From Mobula hypostoma (lineage: Eukaryota): a stretch of DNA of 64,000 bases. Location: contig NC_086097.1 in assembly GCF_963921235.1 (NCBI RefSeq), positions 82,524,001 to 82,588,000 on the forward strand, in the 5' to 3' direction. The notes below the pieces were generated by a model that did no database searches, was not told the DNA's origin, and saw nothing but the letters and a program-made list of their open reading frames with translations. Below are positions 24,940-37,931 of this stretch, one piece after another (the first letter of the stretch is position 1; every line of letters starts with the position of its first letter). Position numbers and translations under genes: made by a program.

Positions 24940-26060
24940 AAGAAAGGGGCTTCCCCTCCTCCACCATCAACTCTCATCTCAAACGCATCTCCCCCATTTC
25001 ACGCACATCTGCTCTCACTCCATCCTCCCGCCACCCCACTAGGAATACGGTTCCCCCTTGTCCTCACCTACCACCCCACCAGCCTCCCGGTCCAACATAT
25101 AATTCTCCGTAACTTCTGCCACTTCCAACGGGATCCCACCACTAAGCACATCTTTCCCTCCCCCCCCACCCCCGCTTTCCGCAGGGATCGCTCCCTACGT
25201 GACTCCCTTGTCCATTTGTCCCCACCATCCCTCCCCACTGATCTCCCTCCCGGCACTTATCCTTGTAAGCGGAACAAGTGCTACACATGCCCTTACACTT
25301 CCTCCCTTACCACCATTCAGGGCCCCAGACAGTCCTTCCAGGTGAGGTGACACTTCACTTGTGAGTCGGCTGGGGTGATATACTGCATCCGGTGCTCCCG
25401 ATGCAGCCTTCTATATATTGGCGAGACCCGACGCAGGCTGGGAGACCGTTTCACTGAACACCTAGACTCTGTCCGTCAGAGAAAGCAGGATCTCCCAGTG
25501 GCCACACATTTTAATTCCACATCCCATTCACATTCTCATATGTCTATCCTCGGCCTCCTCTACTGTCAAGATGAAGCCACACTCAGGTTGGAGGAACAAT
25601 GCCTTATATTCCGTCTGGGTAGCCTCCAACCTGATGGCATGAACATTGACTTCTTTAACTTCCGTTAATGTCCCACCTCCCCTTTGTACCCCATCTGTTA
25701 TTTATTTATTATATATATAATTTTTCTCTCTCTCTCTTTTTCTCCCTCTATCCCTCTGACTATACTCCTTGCCCAACCTCTGCGATTCCCCCCTCCCCCT
25801 TTCTTTCTCCCTGGGCCTCCTGTCCCATGATTCTTTCATATGCCTTTTGCCAATCAACTTTCCAGCTCTTGGCTTCATCCCTCCCCCTCCTGTCTTCTCC
25901 TATCATTTTGGATCTCCCCCTCCCCCTCCCACTTTCAAATCTCTTACTATCTCTTCTTTCAGTTAGTCCTGACGAAGGGTCTCGGCCCAAAACGTCAACT
26001 GTACCTCTTCCTAGAGGTGCTGCCTGGTCTGCTGCGTTCACCAGCATTTTGTGTGTGTTG
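24940..26060 (+). mobile_element. Penelope-like element 3' part (GIY-YIG + terminal repeat)
   Basis: ORF 25375-25668 IYCIRCSRCSLLYIGETRRRLGDRF; hammerhead-like motif at 25965-26000 with GAAA mutated to AAAA. Confidence 0.9.
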
Positions 26061-28925
26061 CATCTATTTCTAAAGAACAGGATCTTGAATGTTTTTTTAA
26101 TCTGTACCTTAACATTTCCTGTCACCATCAAATACTGTATATACAACAAATCTTATATTCGCAGCAGCTAACCATTATAGCATATAATCTCTGCTATCAA
26201 TCTCTGCTTTAAATACACTCAATGACCTGACCGCTACAACAACCTGTGCCAATGGATTCCACAAATTCACCACCCTCGGGCTAAAGAAATTCCTTCTTAT
26301 CTCTGTTCTAAATTACAGCATTACATCCTTGCTTTTATATTCTAGTCCTTTTGAAATGAACGCTAACATTGCATTTGCCTTCCTTATCACCGACTCAACC
26401 TGCAAGTTAACCTTTAGTCCTGCACGAGGACTCCCAAGTGCCCTTGAACCTTGGAGTTTTGAATTTTCTCCCAGTTTCGAAAATAGTCCATCCTTTTTAT
26501 TTCTTCTACCATAGTGCATGACTATGACATTCCTTCTATTTGCCACTCCTTTGTCCTTTCTAATAACCTAAGTCCTTCTGCAGCCTCCCTGCTTCCCCAA
26601 CACTACCTGCCCCTCCACCTACCTTTGTATTGTCTGCAAACTTAGCCACCAAGCACTCAATTCCATCATCCAAATCACTGACATATAATGTGAAAAGAAG
26701 CAGTCCCAACACCGACCCCTGTGGAACACCACTAGTCGCAGGCAGCCAATTAGAAAAGGGTCCCTTTATTCCCACTCTTTGCCTCCTGCCTCCTGCCAAT
26801 CAGCCAATGCTTTATCCATGCTGGTACCCTTCTTATAGTTCCATGGGCTCTTATCATGCTAAGCAGCCTCATATGTGGCACTTTGTCAAAGGCCTTTTGA
26901 AAATCCAAGTACACAATATCCACCAATTCTCCTTTGTCTATCCTGCTTGTTATTTCCTCAAATAATTCTAGCAGATTTGTCATGGAAGATGTTCCTTAAG
27001 AAAACCATGCTTACTTTGGCCTATCTTATCATGTAGCTCCAAGTATCTTGAAACCTCATCCTTAACAATTAACTCCAACACTTTCTGAACCACTGAGGTC
27101 AGGCTAACTAGCCTATAATTTCCTTTCTTCTGCCTTCCTCCTTTCTTGACGAGGGGAGAGACATTTGCAATTTTTCAATCCTCTGGAACCATGCCAGAAT
27201 CTAGTGATTCTTGAAAGATCATTATTAATGCCTCCACAATCTCTTCAGCTACCTCTTTCAGAACCCTCGGTGTACGCTAACTGGTTGTCCAGGTGATCTA
27301 ACTACCTTCAAACCTTTCAGCTTCTCAAGCACCTTCTCCCTAGTTATAGCAACTGCACTCATTTCTGCCCCTTGTCATTCTTGAACTTCCAGCATACTAC
27401 CATTGTCTTCCACAGTGAAGACTGATGCAAAATACTTATTCAGTTCATGTACCATTTCTTTGCTCCCCATTACTACCTCGCCACTATTATTTTTGAGTGG
27501 TCCAATATCTACTCTCACCTCTCTTTTACTCTTGATATATCTGAAAAAAAAACTTTTTGTATCCTCTTTGATATTATTGTCTAGCTTAACTTCATATTTC
27601 TTCTTTTCACTGCTTATGGATTTTTAGTTGCCTTCTTTTGGTTTTTAAAAACTTCCTAATCCACTAACTTCCCATTACTTTTTGCTCTATTATTCCCTCT
27701 CTTTTGCTTTTATGTTAGCTTTGATTTCCCTTGTCAGCCACAGTGGTGTCATGCTGTTTTTAGAATACTTCATCTTTGGGATGTATCTGTCCTGCACCTT
27801 CTGAGTAGCTCCCAGAAGCTCAAGCCCATTGCTACTCTTACCATCATCCCTGCTAGTGTCCCTCTCCAGTCAACTTTGGTTAACTCTCCTCTCATGCCTC
27901 TGTCTCTGTAATTACCTTTACTCCATGGTAATACGGATACATCTGACTTCAGCTTCTCCTTCTCAAATTACAGGGTGAATTCTATCATATTATGATCACT
28001 TACTCCTAAGGGTTCCTTTATCTTAAGCTCCTTAATCAAATCCAGGTCACTACACAACAATCAGTCCAGAATAGCTGACCCCCGTAGTGGGCTCAACCAC
28101 AAACTGCTCTAAAAAGCAGTCTCATAGGCATTCTGCAAATTCTCTCTCGAGATCAAAAATCTGCGCCAACCATATTTTCCCAATCTACCTACATATAGAA
28201 ATGCCCTTTTGACATGCATTTTCTATCCTTTGTTGTAACTTTGTAGCCCACATCCTGACGCTGTTTGGAGGCCTGTATGTAACTCCCATCAGGGTCTTTT
28301 TAGCCTGGAAGTTCCTTTGCTCTATCCACAACAATTCTACATCTTGCGATCCCATGTCACCTCTTTGTAATGACGTGCTTTCACTTTTTAACCAACAGAA
28401 CCACGCCAAACCCTCTGCCTACCTGCCTGTCCTTTTGATACAATGCATATCCTTGGATGTTAAGCTTCCAGCTATAATCTTCTTTCAACCACAACTCAGT
28501 GATGTGCAAAACATCATACCTGCTAATCTCTAACTGCAATAAAAGATCATCTACCTTATTTTGTATACTGCATGCATTCAAATATACCATTTGGTATGGG
28601 GGGGTGGGAAAGTTACTACACAGGACTGAAATAAGCTGCAGAGGTTTATAAATTTAGTCAGCTCCATCACGGGCCCTAGCCTTTGTAGTATCCAGGACAT
28701 CTTCAAGGAGCGTTTCCTCAAATAGGTAGCATCCATCATTAAGGACCTCCAGCACCCAGGACATGCCTTGTTCTCGTTGCTTCCTTCAGGAAGGAGGTAC
28801 AGAGGCCTGAATGCACGCACTCAATGAATCAGGAACTGCCATCCAATTTCTCCAATGAACTCATGAGCACTACCTTCCGAATGTTTTTTATTTTTGTTTT
28901 TGCACTACTTACATACACTACTATT

Positions 28926-28940
28926 GTGTGTGTATATATA

Positions 28941-28980
<40 letters not shown>
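28926..28980. repeat. (TG)n/(TA)n microsatellite
   Basis: Direct reading of tgtgtgtgtatatatatgtatgtgtgtg...tatatata. Confidence 0.95.
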
Positions 28981-28981
<1 letters not shown>

Positions 28982-30281
28982 TCTTACTGTGAATCAATTT
29001 TTTTATTATTATGTATTGCATTGTACTACTGCAGCAAAGACAACCAATCTCACAACATATGCTGGTGATATTAAACCTGTTTCTGGTACTGATGACACCT
29101 TCAGTCCTGTATTCATCACCCTTGTTGATTTGGTCCCCATTACACTGCAACTCAATACACTGACTTGCAATTTTTCACTATCATCTGCCTGTCCTTCCTG
29201 ACAGTCTCACTACACACTGGCTCTGCATGTACTGTATATCAACTGCCTCATCCTCAACCTTATTAGTCAGTTTTCTGTCCTCCTGCCAACTTATTTTAAT
29301 CCCCCCGCCCCCCAACAGTTCTAGCAAACCTGTCTGCAAGGTTATTGGTCTCCCTTGGGTTCAATGTAACCTATCCCTTTTGTACAGGTCATACCCTCCT
29401 TACTGGAGATCCTAATGATCCAGAAATCTATAAATTTGCCCCCTGCACCAGTTCCTCAACCACACATTCATCTGCCAGATCATCCTATTCTTATCCTCAC
29501 TGGCATGTAGCACAGGAAGCAATGCAGAGATTGCCACCCTGGAGATCCTGCTTTTCAGCTTTCTCCTTCACTCCCTAAATTCTCCCTTCAAGTCCTCCTT
29601 CATTTTCCTACCTATATCATTGGTGCCAATATATAACAAGACTTCTGGCTGCTCATCTGGACCCATCAGAATGCAGAGGACCTGATCCAAGTTGTCCCTG
29701 ACCCTGGCACCTGGGAGACAACAGACCAGGTATCTCTATCATGTGCACAGAATCTCGTGTCAGCTCCTCTGACTATGGAATCCCCTATCACTGCTGCAGT
29801 TCTCTTCTCCTCCCTTCCCTTCTGAGCCACAATGAGAGACTCAGTGCCAGAGACCTGGTTGCTGGAGCTTCCCCCTGTTAAGTCATCACCCTCCCACCAA
29901 CATAATCCAAAGTGGTGTACTTATTATTGTGGGGAACGACCACAGTAGTACTCTGCAATGGCTGCCCATTTCCTTTCCCTCTCCTGACAGTCACCCAGAT
30001 ACCTACCTCCTACAATTTAGGGGAGACCACCTCCCTGTAGCTCTTATCTGTCATCTCCTCAGTTTCCTGTATGAGCCAGAAGTCGTTGAGCTACAGCTCC
30101 CATTCCTTAACATGTTCTCTGAAGAGATGCAGCTCAGTGCGCCTAGTGCAGATGTGGTTATCCAGGAGGCTGGATGTCTCCCAGAATTCCCACATCTCAC
30201 ACATCGAGCACAACGCTACCCCTGGAACCATCTTCATGCACTAACTATGTACTACAGGAAGAATGAAGAAGAAAATTACCA

Positions 30282-30446
30282 AACAACAGGAATACTGCAG
30301 ATGCTGGAAATTCAAGCAACACACATCAAAGTTGCTGGTGAATGTAGCAGGCCAGGCAGCATCTCTAGGAAGAGGTACAGTCGACGTTTCAGGCTGAGAC
30401 CCTGACTAAGTGTCTCGGCCTGAAACATCGACTGTACCTCTTCCTA
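30282..30446. mobile_element. Short fold-back PLE terminal-repeat insertion
   Basis: 30362-30400 is the reverse complement of 30412-30450 (3 mismatches in 39 nt); aagaaaattacca duplicated at 30269-30281 and 30447-30459. Confidence 0.88.
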
Positions 30447-31369
30447 AAGAAAATTACCAGATACTTATCTTGCTCAAGCCTGTTCTTGAGCCAAAACTTT
30501 CCCACTCCAACACTTGTCCACTCACACAATGGCCGCTGTACTTGTCCCTGTCTTATTTTCACTTGCCCTCGCTAATGAATCATAACTTGATTGGGCCACC
30601 AAAAAATGCCAAAAGCCTTCAAATATTCCTCTTTAAATCTCACTCACAGACCTGTGAGTTGCTTCTCCTCTTGCTCCTTTTTGTCTAATCAAAAATTTCA
30701 ATTATTATTTGAGCATGATTTTGCCTTAATGCTGACTTTCCTTATTAATTCATGTTTATCTATTAATTTTCTACCAGATTGTTGCTTCTAGTAACTTTGC
30801 ACTGAAAAAGCTTTAATTGGATGGTTTGTAGTTGCTGAATTTTTACTTGCATTCTTTTTGAACATGAGCCGGATATTCTCCTGTCCTCTGGAACCACTCA
30901 AAGGTCTAATTAATTTCAATGCTTCTAATATGCTCATTAATAGGCTAATGATGACTGGAAGATTTTGCCTAATACCTTCCTGTTTTTCATTTTTACAGTG
31001 CCTTAGTCATTTTCAAAGAATTCTACCCAGCTTTATCTACTTCTAGGGCAGAAAGCCTTTTTAGTACAGTACATTTGCTTCATAATTTTAGAGCGTATCC
31101 ACTATCTTTATTATCTCTTTCGCTGTAACTTGGACAGCAATTTCCTCCTTTGTAAGGACAAATGCAAATTCGCTCTGCTTGCACTAGTAAGAATTAATTA
31201 TCAACTGTGCTTTCAGTTCCATACAAATCAGCTTATGTCCAGATTGATAACATTTGTTCAAACAGTCAACATAAGGTGAGGCTTTGGATGCAAACCCAGT
31301 CTAACATGCAATGCAGCACTTACATCAACAGTACTGAAGAGCTTCAAGATATGGTATGACTCAACCTTA

Positions 31370-32400
31370 CATACCTCAGTGGTGACCTGGACCCACTCCA
31401 GTTTGCCTACTGCCACAACAAGTCAACAGTAAATGTGATTTCTCTAGCTCTTCATTCTGCTCCAAACCATCCAGACAACAGGAACTCATACGTCAGTCTA
31501 CTGTTTTATCAACTGCACCTTGATTACAGCTTGGCATTCAACACAACCATCAGATCCAAACTCAACATCAAGCATCAACCTGGACCTCTGTACCTCCCTC
31601 TGCAACTGGATACTCAACTTCCAGGAAAACAAAAGAGTTGATTGTTGACTTCAGAAAAGGGAAAGAAGGCACATATGCATCACTTTACACTAGGGGATTA
31701 GCAGTAGAGAGAGTCAGCAATTTTAATTTTGTGGCCATGTCCTGGGCCCAGTGTGTAGATGCAATCATAAGAAAAGCGCACCAGTGTCTTTACTTTCTTT
31801 AGAGATTAAGGAGGTTCGGCTCATCATCAAACATTCTTACAAATTTATGCAAACATGCTGTGTAAAGTTTCCTGACTGGTTGCATCATAGTCTGCTACAG
31901 CAATTTGAATCCACAGGACTATTAGAAGCTGCAGAGACTTGTATATTCTGCCCAATGCATTACGGACACATCCTTCCCTATCATCTGTAATATCTCCAGA
32001 AGGTACTACCTCAAAAAGGCAAGATTAATCATTGAAGGTCTCCACCATCCAGGCAATGCCATCTTCTTGCAGTCACCATCGAAAAGGAGGCACAGAAGCC
32101 TGAATTCTCATACACTAGGTTTGAGGACAACTACTTCCATTCGACAATTCAGTTCTGGAACCAACTATTAAAACCTTAATCCCTACCATTTAGCAACTCT
32201 ATGACCACTTTGGTCACCGTACACTATAATTAGTAGTGTTTATTTGTTCTAATTGTGTTCCTTCTGGTAAGAACTGTGTATAATTTGTTTTTGCAAAATT
32301 CTGGTTATATGGTGCTATGAGCCTATAATGCTGCTGCAAATTTTTTCATTGCATCCATGCATACATGTACCTGTGCATATGACGTTAAACTGTCTTTGAC
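31370..32400 (+). mobile_element. Degraded L2/Rex-like LINE RT fragment
   Basis: LDPLQFAY, DYSLAFNT, KELIVDFRK motif remnants; tttgac-type tail at about 32395. Confidence 0.7.
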
Positions 32401-33117
32401 TTTGAATTTAGTTTAATTCTTCTGCAGAGTTGACACATTTTTAGCTGCAGCTCAGAAATCCGAGAAGTGAAGGGATACCTGAGCATGTACTTCAGTTACC
32501 AATCTAATTTTTGCTGGTGATTTACATTCGGTTTGGTTTACTCTCAGTAGATACAATGACTGGTGTTGAAAACTGGTGTAGGAAGAGTTCTTCACTCAGT
32601 CATAAAGACAATACAATCTTTAATAACAACACATCAGAGTTGCTGGTGAACGCAGCAGACCAGGCAGCATCTCTAGGAAGAGGTACAGGCGACGTTTCAG
32701 GCTGAGACACTTGGTCAGGACTAACCGGAAGAAGAGCTAGTAAGAGATTTATAAGATAGTTAATGTTTCAGAGGCAGAACCCAACAGCAAAATCAATTAT
32801 TTTAGTTTAATTGAGGAATATCCATTTAATCACCATTTCCTAAGTGAGCTTTTCAGATTTTGTTGTGTCGCAAACGGTAGTACAGTTGCAGAGCTCAACA
32901 TCGCAGGTTCAGTGCCAGTTGCCTACGCTCAATCTCGACCTCGGGTGCTGTCCGCGTGGAAGTTTGCACGAGCTCCCCGTGACGCCACGGGACCCAGTGC
33001 TCCAGTCTCTTCCCGCATTCGGGTTAATTGGTCACTCTACTGCCCTTGAGTATGTAGGTGAGTGGTAGAATTAATAGGGAATTGATGAGAATATGGGAAG
33101 AACAAAATATAGTATCG

Positions 33118-33555
33118 CAAACACGAGAAAATCTGCAGATGCTGGAAATCCAAAGCAACACGCACAAAATGCTGGAGGAACTCAGCAGGTCAGGCAACAT
33201 CTATGGAAAAGAGCAAACGGCTGACGTTTCAGGCCGAGACCCTTCATCAGGACTGGAAAGGAAGTCAGGAGAAGAAGATGGGGGAAGGGAGGAAAAACAA
33301 GGTGGTGGGTGATAGATGAAACCTGGAGGGGGGAGGAGTGAAGTAAAGAGCTGGGAAGTTGGATGGTGAAAGACATATAGGGCTGGAAAAGGGGGCATCT
33401 GATAGGGGAGGACGGAAGTCCATGAAAGAAAGGGAAATGGGGGGGGGGAGCTCCAGAGGGAGGTGAGGTGACGGGCGTGTGGAGATAAGGTGGGAGAGGG
33501 AAACAGGATGGGGAACGGAGGGCAATTACTGGAAGTTCGAGCAATCGTTGTTCAA
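33118..33555 (-). mobile_element. PLE 3' terminal fragment carrying an intact-core hammerhead motif
   Basis: Same terminal-repeat family as 5560-5960; purine-rich tract plus terminal ...gcagatgctggaaat... motif. Confidence 0.8.
33219..33254 (-). ncRNA. Minimal hammerhead ribozyme motif, catalytic core intact
   Basis: Minus strand AGUC-CUGAUGA-A-GGGU-CUCG-GCCU-GAAACGUC-AGCC. Confidence 0.7.
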
Positions 33556-34884
33556 AACATAGCTTATGTGGGATCAGCTGCAGGTAGTATGCACGGTCTG
33601 TTTCCATGCTATGCAACTTTATGACTCCAAGGAAACTAACCAGTTCATCGAGTCCATGCCGGCTCTCAGCATTCCACCTCCGCCACTTAATTTCACTCTA
33701 ACAAATGTCTATCAGCTTCCGTCATGCACAGATGGGACAAAAGCTGACACTGGCTGAGGGAGTACTGTGAAGATTTATTATTTACATTTGATCAATCTGT
33801 TAGAGAAATTCATACGAGTTGAACCAGCACAAAGGAATAACTAAAGTGTTGGAAATGTGTCCGAATAGCGAGTTCAAAGTAAATTTATTATCCAACTACA
33901 TATAAATCACCGTATACAACGTTAAGATTAATTTTCTTGTGGACATTCAGTTAATACAAAAGAAAGACGATAGAAACAATGAAAATCGATTCTTTTACAG
34001 GCCAAAGTTACTGATTTCAAAAGATTCAAAGTACAGTTATTATCGAAGTGTATATGCAATATGCAACCCTGAGATTCGTCTTGCCGCAGACAGCCACAAA
34101 CACATGGAACCCGTTCGGAGAAAACATCAAACGCACAACGCGCACAAGGAAGAACAAATCGCGAAAATGACAAAAAAGACCGAAAAACAGAGTATAAAAA
34201 AGCAAACCATTGAAACAGTCTAGGAATGTTCATAAAGTTTAATTCAGCTCAATTTGTATGTCAGCTCTGTGTTCTCTCTCCGCCTGACGTGGTATTGCCT
34301 GATTTATTTCAGATTTTCCAATTTTCCAACTGCTGAGCTTTGGATCTTATGTAGTCTCCTCTCTGCCTCATTCATTGACCACGTTTAATTTTCTATTAGC
34401 TGTACAACCTCCTTCTGCTAGCTTTTGTTGTCCTCCACTTCTCAGTACCTCTAAAACTTAACTTTTGTGTAGTCATTGTGAAATACTGTATCATCAATGC
34501 GAATTGTTCGTGATTTCCCAGTCGACGGATGCTGCCTGGCCCGCTGTTTCCGGAGCAATGAATATTTGTTTCTTTTAACTTATCGTTACTGCTGTAAGAT
34601 TCCTTTAATAGAAAAATATTCTTTTTTTTCCCTCTCTCACTCTCACTTGGTACTCTGCATTATGCTATATTGCCCAACGGAAAAAGCAGGTTATTAAAAG
34701 TTCTTCTCAAAGAAAAAACTACCCCACCCAGCACAAGCAGAAACCAACAGATTAGTCCTTCAGAAATAACGCTGGAGTTGTCTGCGCTCCACCCTCCGCT
34801 CAGTTGTGGGATGGATAACTGCCAAGTATTCATTGGGTGCGGGGTCCGTTTCCTGCTGTTGAACAGGATTAGGTGCAGGGCTCT

Positions 34885-34931
34885 TTTATGCAAAGTCATT
34901 GCAGCGTAGTCAGAATCCTTTGTTGTGATAA
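34885..34931 (+). promoter_or_regulatory. GPX2 proximal promoter motif cluster (two ARE cores, TCF/SOX-like, GATA)
   Basis: TGCAAAGTCAT 34889-34899 (reverse ATGACTTTGCA = RTGACnnnGCA); GCGTAGTCA 34904-34912 (reverse TGACTACGC); CTTTGTT 34918-34924; TGATAA 34926-34931; 70-115 nt upstream of the ATG. Confidence 0.6.
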
Positions 34932-35002
34932 TCGGCAGAAATCCACACCTTACGAGTTGAGTAGGCTGTGAGTACCTCATTCCCTCTCAGTCGGCGCACA
35001 CC

Positions 35003-35224
35003 ATGGCTCAGATAGTCAAGTCCTTCTACGATCTCAGTGCTGTCACCTTGGGCGGCGAGAAAGTGGACTTTAATATCTACAGAGGTAGGGTGGTGTTGAT
35101 CGAGAACGTCGCTTCTCTCTGAGGCACGACCACGAGGGATTTCACCCAGCTCAACGAGTTGCAGATTCGCTATCCGCACCGCTTCGTTGTACTGGGCTTC
35201 CCTTGTAACCAGTTCGGTTTCCAG
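35003..35224 (+). CDS. GPX2: Glutathione peroxidase 2 (selenoprotein), coding exon 1; TGA at 35120-35122 = Sec40
   Basis: accATGg Kozak; [74 protein letters not shown]; donor CAG|gtaaat. Missed by the ORF track because of the in-frame TGA. Confidence 0.97.
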
Positions 35225-37580
35225 GTAAATGGAAAGTTGCGGCTGGCCACAACTTTTGTTTTGCGTCCCTTTTAGTTTCGGAACTCGACGAGGTGTGAAT
35301 ATGTGTAAAATTCGGGGTGTAAAATTGTGGGCCGACAACGTGGAGACACAGCGAAACTAAACGAGTTCAGGTCCTCCACATCACTTAAAAGCTCCTGTGT
35401 GCTCTAATTCATGCACTTTTTTATTCCTTAACTCACTTCATAATCTTCCCAAATATCACAGATTTGAAATTAAGAAATATTCAGCATTAATTGCGTGAGG
35501 GAGTTTTAAACTTTTACTGCTCTCTACATGTGGAAAGATGGCCAAACTAGTTTTTCGCGTGTGCCGTCTAGTTCTATGTAACCAAAGTAGGAAACTACTA
35601 TCAATGTACTTTGATATTTTGAAAACTTGTTTACCTTTTCTGGAAGGTTCGGCTGGAACCAAAACTATTCACGTAGCGGTGGGGGTGGGGGACGTGCCTT
35701 TCGGCCCGTTGGGTCTGCGCCGACTATCAACCGACCATTTTAACCCGAGTAACAAAATAACTTTTTTTTCTCCAGTCTTGCCGAAGGGTCTCGGCCCAAA
35801 ACGTTGACTCTACTCTTCTCCATAGATTATGCCTGCCCTGCTGAGTGTCTCCAGCATTTCTGGAGATTTCCTCTTGTTTGTAACAAAATAACGTTCAGCT
35901 CTTCACAGTTTCCACCCTTGACCACGGTCACGTCGCATCTCACAGTGGTAATTTGCCCACCTACTTGTATATCTTTTGAGATGTGGGTAGAAACTAGCAG
36001 CTGAACCAGCAATACTGATCTGGGCTTTGAAGCGATATGGGGTAATTTATGTCCCGTTTACAAGGTTTAAACCCCAACATTAAATTGGTCTGTTTTCTCT
36101 TTCTACGTCTGCTACATCACTTGCTCAGATTTTCCAGCGTTCCTCCGTTTTTATTCAATTCGCCTTACTGCATTATTTCTTGATAGTCTGACATTTTATG
36201 ATCGGTGAATAGTAAAACAAGTTTCTGAATCATCATTGCCGTCCGCTTTCAACGTTTGCAAAGAACCTGTTCAGAACGTTACTGTAAATTCTTGCCTTGA
36301 ATTTCTTTGTTCGGTCACCTGGCCTTTACTGAAGGCCGTGTAATGCGTTGGATTTTAGTTATTTTTTTAAAAATCAAGAAATAAGTTTTTTTTCGTGCTT
36401 TTTTTCCATAGAGTAATTTTTGTGAGGCAGAAATTATGATAGCATTGATGTATATTGTGCTGCTGATGCTCTCCACAAATCATGGATTTATTGAAAGCCC
36501 TTGTTCGGAAATCCACCCCTGCTATTCTAACACATTTTCAGGTCATCATGAAGTTCTGTTGAAATTTTGAAGTCAGAAAATAGGCATTGTGGAGTCCCAT
36601 TGGTTTGTGAAAGTTTTTTTTTGTGGTTTGCAGTCAAAAGTTAAGTCAGCAAGATTAATCGGGTCTGGTGGAATAATCTTATTTACATCTTTAAAATGAA
36701 ATGAACGCTTAACAGATAAATTTGTTAAACATTGGTGAATATTCAGTAGGATATTTTGCACTTCGAACTTTCCACTTATCAAATATTCATAAAAGGTCCT
36801 GTAAGTTTTTTTCCACGTCTACTGTGCTGGCTTATGCCTATCACTTTGTATCTTTAGATTTCATCAAAAAAGTTTCAGCTAAAAATGACAGGAAGTAATT
36901 TCTTCCCATGACCTTCGCTGTATTTTAATCAGTTTTAATGGATTTTATCTTGAAGGTTTAGTTTGATAGCCATTAGCAAACAATGTTTTGGTCAGAAAAA
37001 AGTTTCAAAGAATTATTATTGCATTTTCAGCAGAGAAAGTTATTGGCAAAAAGATTTAAGATACATCACCTCTGCTTCAACTCTTGAATCTGAGTTTTGA
37101 AAGTGCTTTATAATTTTAAGTTATTGTTGAAATTAATCATTTGAAAATTCCAAAGGGGATAAAACTTTATAACATATTTGGAAGGTACAACTTTTATATT
37201 AAAAAAGTCAACATATCTTATAGTCTGTAGGCTGGGAGTAGCATGTATACAGACATTTTGTGCTTCCTGTTCATACCAAGTTAAGCATAATCTAGTTATT
37301 GAGCTGTAAGACTACCTGTGGTAGTTTATTTGACACGTATAACAAGTATTTTGGCCTATAAATTAATGATAACAATTGCAGTATCATTGCTTGTACTGAA
37401 AAGTTAATCTTTGGTTTGTTGGACAAGATGTGCAATCAATTATGCCTTTTTATAGTGTTTGTTGTTTGAGACAGTAAAACTTGTCTCATACAGTCAGTAT
37501 ATTTTCCTTCAACAACACAAAAATTTCCAGTTTGTTTCTATGGTTTAGTTTAACCTTTTATGTCTTTAAACATTTTTTAG

Positions 37581-37931
37581 GAAAACTGCCAGAATGTGGA
37601 GATACTTAACAGTCTGAAGTTTGTCCGTCCTGGAGGTGGCTTTGAGCCCAAATTTACCATATTCCAGAAATGTGAAGTTAATGGTGCTGGTACGCATCCT
37701 GTCTTTGCATTCCTGAAGGAGAAGCTGCCTATTCCTGCTGACGATCCGACATCCTTAATGAAAGATCCCAAATACATAATGTGGAGCCCTGTCTGCCGAT
37801 CAGACATTGCCTGGAATTTTGAGAAGTTCCTCATTGGACCAGAAGGAGAACCTTTTAAACGCTACAGTAAAGCATTTGAAACCATCCACATTGACTCTGA
37901 TATCCAAAGATTACTGAAAGTAACCAAGTAG
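37581..37931 (+). CDS. GPX2: Glutathione peroxidase 2, coding exon 2
   Basis: ttttag|[32 protein letters not shown]...[22 protein letters not shown]...LLKVTK*; spliced product 190 aa with U40, Q74, W152, N153; adjacent to RAB15 as in human. Confidence 0.97.
   Translation, partial: ENCQNVEILNSLKFVRPGGGFEPKFTIFQKCEVNGAGTHPVFAFLKEKLPIPADDPTSLMKDPKYIMWSPVCRSDIAWNFEKFLIGPEGEPFKRYSKAFETIHIDSDIQRLLKVTK

Larger units (their letters stand above)
26180..30690 (-). mobile_element. Old near-full-length CR1 LINE (ORF1 remnant, endonuclease, RT), with nested insertions at about 28590-29080 and 30282-30446
   Basis: YLNACSIQNKVDDL...ITELWL (endonuclease), YRPPNS, VYLDFQKAFDKVPH, SGVPQGSVLG, KFADNTK; many stops and frameshifts. 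Confidence 0.85.

Noticed and set aside
34910..35338. 142-aa minus-strand ORF over GPX2 exon 1
   Set aside because: Antisense shadow of a GC-rich coding exon; no recognisable protein motif.
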